Sequence record: DRR723986_6593
Strand: one strand, 5' to 3'
DNA: 41,951 nucleotides
This document shows, piece by piece, positions 37,586 through 41,951 of the stretch. A program made the position numbers and the translations under genes. The notes beneath the pieces are model-generated. The model made no database searches. It was not told the origin of the DNA and saw nothing but the letters and a program-made list of their open reading frames with translations. Each line of letters starts with the position of its first letter. Positions within the stretch are counted from its first letter, which is position 1.

Positions 37586-39352
37586 CTATTTTTTACTGTA
37601 AATTTTTTGAACCAGATGGTCATACTTTTGCATGATCACTTTTCTTTTTGGTTTCATAGTTGGTGTAAGTTCTCCACCTTCAACAGTCCAAGCGCCGGCA
37701 ACTATTTCGAAAACTTTAATTTGTTCCCATTTCCCAAAGTTTTCATTGAATGAAGCTATTTCTTTAGCTATTCTATCTTTTAGTTCTTCACTATTTGCCA
37801 TTTCTTCGTAAGTCGATCCAAAGTTCACACCTTTTCTGCTAGCCCATTCTTTAACAAATTCAATATCCGGAACAACTAAAGCTGCAGGCATTTTTTGGTT
37901 TTCACCTATTACCATAATTTGCTCAATAAAACGAGATTCCTTGAATTTGTTCTCCATTACTTGTGGAGCAATATACTTTCCTCCTGAAGTCTTGAACATT
38001 TCTTTTTTACGATCCGTAATTTTCAAATACTCGCCTTCAACAAATGTTCCAATGTCTCCGGTATGGAACCAACCATCCTTATCGATAACTTCTGCAGTTT
38101 TTTCTGGTTGATTGTAGTATCCCATCATCACATTTGGTCCTTTGACCAAAATCTCTCCATCTTCAGCAATCTTTACGGTAACCTTATCAAGAACGGTACC
38201 AGTGGTCCCAATTCTAACTTTATTGTCCTTCTCCATGTTTACAGATATAACTGGAGATGTTTCGGTTAAACCATATCCTTCCATCACTGGAATTCCAGCT
38301 GCCATAAAAACACGAGCCAATCGAGGTTGAAGAGCGGCAGATCCACAAGCTACGGCCTCTACATTTCCACCTAATCCTTCTTGCCATTTCGAAAAAACTA
38401 ATTTTCTTGCAATTCCCAATTTGAATTTATACCATCCAGATTTTCCTACTACATCATATTCTTCACCTAACGACAAAGACCAAAAGAATAATTTTCGTTT
38501 TATTCCGGATAATGCGTCTCCTTTAGCAACAATTTTGTCATAAACCTTTTCAAGTAATCTTGGAACCGCCGTAAATACATTAGGTTTTACATCTTTCAAA
38601 TCATCCCCTATTGTATCTAATGATTCGGCAAAATAAATGGATACGCCAGTATATTGATACAGGTACATGATCATTCTTTCATAAACATGACAAACTGGTA
38701 AAAACGACAGTGATTTTGCATCTCTACCGACTGGTAATCTTGGTTCGCAAGCTTTAACATTCGACAATAAATTGTCGTGGCAAAGCATAACGCCTTTAGG
38801 GTTTCCAGTAGTTCCAGAAGTATAAATTAGTGTGACTAAGTCTTCACCTTTAATGGCTGCTTTTCTCTTTTCAACTTCGGCATCCAATTCCGCGTTAGGT
38901 GGCTCGCTTAACACTTTCCAGTTCGTTGCTCCTTTACAGTCAACAAAAGAATAAACATCTGTTAAGGTCGCAACCTCTCCCTTAATTGCATTGACTTTAT
39001 CTGCTAATTCCTGGTCTGACACTATACATAGTTTAACTGATGCATCATTGAAAATATAAGCGTATGATGCTGAATCAATAGTAGGATAAACCGGAACGCT
39101 TATTGCACCAACCTGCTGAATGCCGATATCGCATATATTCCATTCAGATCGATTATTAGAAATCATAGCAATTTTATCTCCAGGTTGGATTCCTAGTTTG
39201 ACTAAAGCACGACTGACACTATTCGCGTAGTTGATATAATCTTGTGTTGAAACTTTTACCCAATCTCCGACAACCTTATCTGCAAATGCATCTTCTTGTG
39301 GAAATTTTTCGTTTTGATAATAAGGTATATCAAATAATCGTTCTACGTTCAT
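37586..39352 (-). CDS. fadD: Long-chain fatty acid-CoA ligase (AMP-binding)
   Basis: IYTSGTTGNPKGV, SFLPVCHVYER, EGYGLTETSP, GWFHTGDIG, ITDRKKEMFKTSGGKYIAP and ELTPTMK. Confidence 0.92.
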   Translation of the reverse strand: MNVERLFDIPYYQNEKFPQEDAFADKVVGDWVKVSTQDYINYANSVSRALVKLGIQPGDKIAMISNNRSEWNICDIGIQQVGAISVPVYPTIDSASYAYIFNDASVKLCIVSDQELADKVNAIKGEVATLTDVYSFVDCKGATNWKVLSEPPNAELDAEVEKRKAAIKGEDLVTLIYTSGTTGNPKGVMLCHDNLLSNVKACEPRLPVGRDAKSLSFLPVCHVYERMIMYLYQYTGVSIYFAESLDTIGDDLKDVKPNVFTAVPRLLEKVYDKIVAKGDALSGIKRKLFFWSLSLGEEYDVVGKSGWYKFKLGIARKLVFSKWQEGLGGNVEAVACGSAALQPRLARVFMAAGIPVMEGYGLTETSPVISVNMEKDNKVRIGTTGTVLDKVTVKIAEDGEILVKGPNVMMGYYNQPEKTAEVIDKDGWFHTGDIGTFVEGEYLKITDRKKEMFKTSGGKYIAPQVMENKFKESRFIEQIMVIGENQKMPAALVVPDIEFVKEWASRKGVNFGSTYEEMANSEELKDRIAKEIASFNENFGKWEQIKVFEIVAGAWTVEGGELTPTMKPKRKVIMQKYDHLVQKIYSKK

Positions 39353-39432
39353 GAGTGTTTTTTTATTTGGATTTTCGTTATGACCAATTTACTACAAAAA
39401 TCCTTTGTTTCGAACACTTTGACTTAATTTTC

Positions 39433-39504
39433 GTAACTTGTAATTAATATATCGTTAAAAAAAATATTCGATAGTGTAACTTTTAGAGTAGTTAGATTGT
39501 TTTA
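39433..39504 (+). promoter_or_regulatory. Candidate autoregulatory ECF promoter(s) upstream of the sigma gene
   Basis: TGTAAC (39475-39480)-N17-TGTT and GTAAC (39433-39437)-N15-CGTT. Confidence 0.4.
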
Positions 39505-39547
39505 GCTGTTTGAAAGGGAATAATTAAATTGAATTTAAACCAATTTT

Positions 39548-40036
39548 TTGACTAGAAGAGAGTACAATACCACTGTTAATGAGTTCTCAGGAAGACTGTA
39601 TGGTTTTTCTGTGAAGTATCTTCAGAACTCAGAAGACGCAAGTGATATTGTGCAGGATGTATTCGAGAAATTGTGGAAGAACAGAAAAAAGGTGGAATTT
39701 GAAAAAGCGAAGTCTTGGTTATTTACTTGTGCACATAATGCCATGATTAATTTTATTAAGAAAAAAAGTCGCATGACTTATTCTGATGAAATGGTTTCAA
39801 ATGAGGTGCAAGAATCACATGCAAAATCTTATGAGATGCAAGAGGTGATTGAAAAAACCTTGAGCCAATTACCTCCTGTTCAAAAATCAATTATCCTACT
39901 AAGAGATTTAGAAGGATACAATTATAAAGAAATAGGTGAAATCTTGGACCTCACTGAGGCCCAAGTAAAAGTTTACCTTTTCAGAGCCCGCAAAAAAATT
40001 AAAAAACAGCTAAAAGATTTAACGATACTCGTATGA
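39548..40036 (+). CDS. ECF RNA polymerase sigma-70 factor
   Basis: TTG start; region 2 DASDIVQDVFEKLW...KSWLFTCAHN; region 4 LPPVQKSIILLRDLEGYNYKEIGEIL...VKVYLFRARKK. Confidence 0.94.
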   Translation: MTRREYNTTVNEFSGRLYGFSVKYLQNSEDASDIVQDVFEKLWKNRKKVEFEKAKSWLFTCAHNAMINFIKKKSRMTYSDEMVSNEVQESHAKSYEMQEVIEKTLSQLPPVQKSIILLRDLEGYNYKEIGEILDLTEAQVKVYLFRARKKIKKQLKDLTILV

Positions 40037-41793
40037 ATATTCCTGAAAATTTTGACAGGTGGATGTTTGATTACAACGAAGGAAACCTCTCTGGCGCAGA
40101 GATGGAGGCCTTTGAGAATTTCATGATTCAAAATCCGCAATTTGATGTTGACGCAGACGCTTGGAATCAAGCTTTTGTTGCCAACGAAGAATTTGTCTAT
40201 CCAAATGCTAGTGCATTACAAAAGGACAGAAAAGTTGCTGCCGCCTGGTATGGTTGGTCAGCTGCTGCGATTATCGCTATCTTATTAGGTTCGGTTTACT
40301 TTCTTGCGCCAAGTACAACTGAATTATCTACAAAACAAAACTCATCAACTGTTGAAACTGAAAAACAGCTACTACACTCTGCACTTACTCAATCAGAATT
40401 AAATGAGGATGAAATTAAAGCCAATTTATTGAATAGTTTGAATCAGTTTAACACCTCTAATTCAGGGGTAATGGCAGAAAATTCTGTAAATAATGTATTG
40501 CAGAATCCAAGCGTTGGAGTTAATTACTCGAATTCAAATGGATCTGATCCTTCAAATAATCAAACGGTGATTTATAATGGAGGTACTAATTTGGTTGACA
40601 ATGTAAACGGATCTACATCAACTGATGATCAAGCATTGATTGCTATGAATGATAATGTTGATAATTCTGTAACCTCCAATGGGACAAGCGTTAATAATGA
40701 CGCCTTAATTCAAGAAATCAATAAATTTGACTCAGAATTGAACAATTCCAAATATCAAGGAAATCCAGCAATTTCAGAGTCAGAATTTGATTTTAGCAAA
40801 AAAGAAAGCTACGATCATTCTTCTTGGCAAAATAAAGTCAAGAAAGTCTACCGAAAAATTGAAAGAATGTTCGACTATCCTGTAGGAATTACCAACTTGA
40901 GAGATCCAGAGTTACTGTTGCCAAACTCTAACATTGTAGCATTTAACCCAGCTTTTACAGGTGGAATGCTCTCTCCTAGGTTTGAATTGAATTATAGAAA
41001 TCAATGGTTAGGGTCTGATATGAATTCACAACAAATGAGCTTATCATTCGATAACTACGTGTATCAAATGAGAGGTGGTATTGGAATTACTTTAAATGCA
41101 AAAGATTATGGATTAGGAAAAATGGGAGATTATAGCGTAAATTTAACTTATTCTCCAAAAATCCTGCTCAGCAAAGATGTGGTTTTTGAACCTGCGGTAA
41201 AATTAACTATGGGAGCGCTCAACGTAAATGGAGATGCTTTAGAGTCTAACACTGCTTTTGAAATCGACAGAGGGCAAGTGTTTACTTCTCCAGAACAGGG
41301 AGCCTTGACTGGTAACCAGCAAATGTTCTATAAAGATTTCGGTTTAGGCTTTGTGTTGAATACGAAATGGTTTTACGCTGGATTCTCTGCTGACAACTTA
41401 AGCAAACATTACGCACAAGTATTTAATGAAGAAGGATCAACTACACCTCTTTTAACACCGGTTCAATATTCTGGGATAGTAGGATTCGATTATGAAGCGA
41501 AGAGAAGACCAAAAGATAAACCTCTTTCATTTAGTCCATTTGTTGCCTATCAACAATTTGGAACTAGAAAAGAACTTTGGGCAGGATCAAACTTTAGATT
41601 TAATTCATTCACTTTCGGTGGTTCAGTATCACAGAAAAAAGACTTTACAGCATCCGTAGGGATGAAATTCGAACGATTCAAACTCGTTTATCATTACGAT
41701 CACACACACTCTGCCGTGTTAGACAAGCAAATAGGCTCACACAACATTGGAATCAGAATTAACGGTAGAACAAAAAAGTCACGCATTAAATAA
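40033..41793 (+). CDS. Putative anti-sigma factor fused to a PorP/SprF-family outer-membrane barrel
   Basis: ATGA-coupled to sigma. N-terminus DYNEGNLS...FENFMIQNP; TM helix ~aa 68-92; N/S-rich linker; from aa 291 DPE...FNPAFTG...LNYRNQW...SFD...GGIG...DFGLG...FYAGFSADNL...SHNIGI. Confidence 0.8.
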   Translation: MNIPENFDRWMFDYNEGNLSGAEMEAFENFMIQNPQFDVDADAWNQAFVANEEFVYPNASALQKDRKVAAAWYGWSAAAIIAILLGSVYFLAPSTTELSTKQNSSTVETEKQLLHSALTQSELNEDEIKANLLNSLNQFNTSNSGVMAENSVNNVLQNPSVGVNYSNSNGSDPSNNQTVIYNGGTNLVDNVNGSTSTDDQALIAMNDNVDNSVTSNGTSVNNDALIQEINKFDSELNNSKYQGNPAISESEFDFSKKESYDHSSWQNKVKKVYRKIERMFDYPVGITNLRDPELLLPNSNIVAFNPAFTGGMLSPRFELNYRNQWLGSDMNSQQMSLSFDNYVYQMRGGIGITLNAKDYGLGKMGDYSVNLTYSPKILLSKDVVFEPAVKLTMGALNVNGDALESNTAFEIDRGQVFTSPEQGALTGNQQMFYKDFGLGFVLNTKWFYAGFSADNLSKHYAQVFNEEGSTTPLLTPVQYSGIVGFDYEAKRRPKDKPLSFSPFVAYQQFGTRKELWAGSNFRFNSFTFGGSVSQKKDFTASVGMKFERFKLVYHYDHTHSAVLDKQIGSHNIGIRINGRTKKSRIK

Positions 41794-41801
41794 GTAGAGG
41801 T

Positions 41802-41951
41802 ATGAAGAGAATTTTTACAATTTTAGCAGTAGCGGTCTCGTTTCAGGGCATGGCTCAAGATCCGGAATTTACACAGTTCTATGCCAATCCAATTTACTTG
41901 AATCCGGCAATGGCTGGTACTCATGGATGTCCTAGAGTAAATATTAATCAC
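41802..41951 (+). CDS. PorP/SprF-family T9SS membrane protein (3' truncated)
   Basis: Reads MKRIFTILAVAVSFQGMAQDPEFTQFYANPIYLNPAMAGTHGCPRVNINH: a signal peptide plus the canonical QDPxFTQFYxNPxYLNPA N-terminus. It is absent from the ORF track. Confidence 0.92.
   Translation, partial: MKRIFTILAVAVSFQGMAQDPEFTQFYANPIYLNPAMAGTHGCPRVNINH

Noticed and set aside
1375-40170. Short nested or antisense ORFs in the track (e.g. 1375-1680, 2997-3317, 6886-7149, 8682-8879, 9006-9341, 29187-29447, 36067-36249, 39973-40170)
   Set aside because: They overlap well-supported genes on the opposite strand or in another frame and show no motifs or expression signals.
40400-40760. Asn/Ser-rich low-complexity DNA as a possible repeat array
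   Set aside because: There is no periodic unit; it is explained as the coding linker of the fusion protein.
40033-41793. Two genes joined by a sequencing error
   Set aside because: The frame is continuous, there is no hydrophobic signal peptide before the barrel, and the domain order is topologically coherent. Homologue confirmation is still needed.
1-41951. CRISPR array, IS/transposase, integrase, prophage, tRNA or rRNA
   Set aside because: I saw no spaced direct repeats, terminal inverted repeats, recombinase motifs or cloverleaf/rRNA signatures. Intergenic gaps are short and mostly explained by promoters and terminators.

Overview
AT-rich Bacteroidota chromosome segment (Flavobacteriales-like; TAnnTTTG -7 promoters, Gln after many signal peptides, T9SS cargo). 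It holds about 29 CDS (two truncated at the edges) and one SRP RNA. I saw no CRISPR array, IS, prophage, rRNA or tRNA. Housekeeping genes are rprX/rprY-like, menD, a CoA transferase, transaldolase, an M42 peptidase, an NtrX-like regulator, nadC and an acyl-CoA ligase. They are interleaved with T9SS-related genes: four cargo proteins, a tandemly duplicated TPR + PorE-like OmpA module, and two PorP/SprF-family genes. The best candidate for an undescribed system is at the right end. An ECF sigma factor is translationally coupled to a 586-aa protein built from an anti-sigma-like N-terminus, one TM helix, a ~200-aa N/S-rich linker and a PorP/SprF-type barrel, and a canonical PorP/SprF gene follows. 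This looks like a trans-envelope anti-sigma wired to the T9SS. Two T9SS cargo genes in the window share a CAAC-N16-CGTT ECF-type promoter motif. Other leads are a degenerate PncC-like + nucleotidyltransferase fusion, an exported WD40-caspase coupled to a small unknown gene, a WYL regulator divergent from an NlpC/P60 + lipoprotein pair, and a probably leaderless menD. All family calls come from motif recognition by eye; no searches were run.
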